NCBI RefSeq assembly: GCF_006345805.1
Contig: NW_021824476.1
Location: 1-18,642 of the forward strand
Reading direction: 5' to 3'
Length of the DNA stretch: 18,642 bases
Source of the DNA: Octopus sinensis
Lineage: Eukaryota
A model generated the notes under the pieces. That model did no database searches. It saw only the letters and a list, made by a program, of their open reading frames with translations, and was not told the origin of the DNA. Of the stretch, positions 18,629 through 18,642 are shown piece by piece. The translations under genes were made by a program, and so were the position numbers. The first letter of the stretch is position 1. Every line of letters starts with the position of its first letter.

Positions 18629-18642
18629 GATAATTATTGAAA

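Overview
AT-rich eukaryotic DNA saturated with microsatellites ((TA)n, (CA)n, (TACA)n, (GATA)n). The SINE families look like those I recall from octopus genomes; this is recognition from memory, not a database match. Most of the window is transposon-derived: about 18 tRNA-type SINE copies from about six families, mostly on the minus strand; an internally deleted mariner carrying a two-SINE insert; a mariner MITE; a hAT/Charlie-like MITE; an RTE-like LINE 3' end; a decayed Penelope-like RT-thumb/GIY-YIG ORF; several Penelope-type tails with minimal hammerhead-ribozyme-like motifs; and two long fold-back inverted repeats. The only credible host coding sequence is a minus-strand ORF (7606-9228, frame open to about 9324) encoding a disordered protein with about 21 copies of HTSEQRRSTSPN and about 5 copies of PIEPAPTP. 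It may splice to a 49-nt upstream exon at 13095-13143. Nearly all other ORFs in the track are microsatellite or transposon artefacts.
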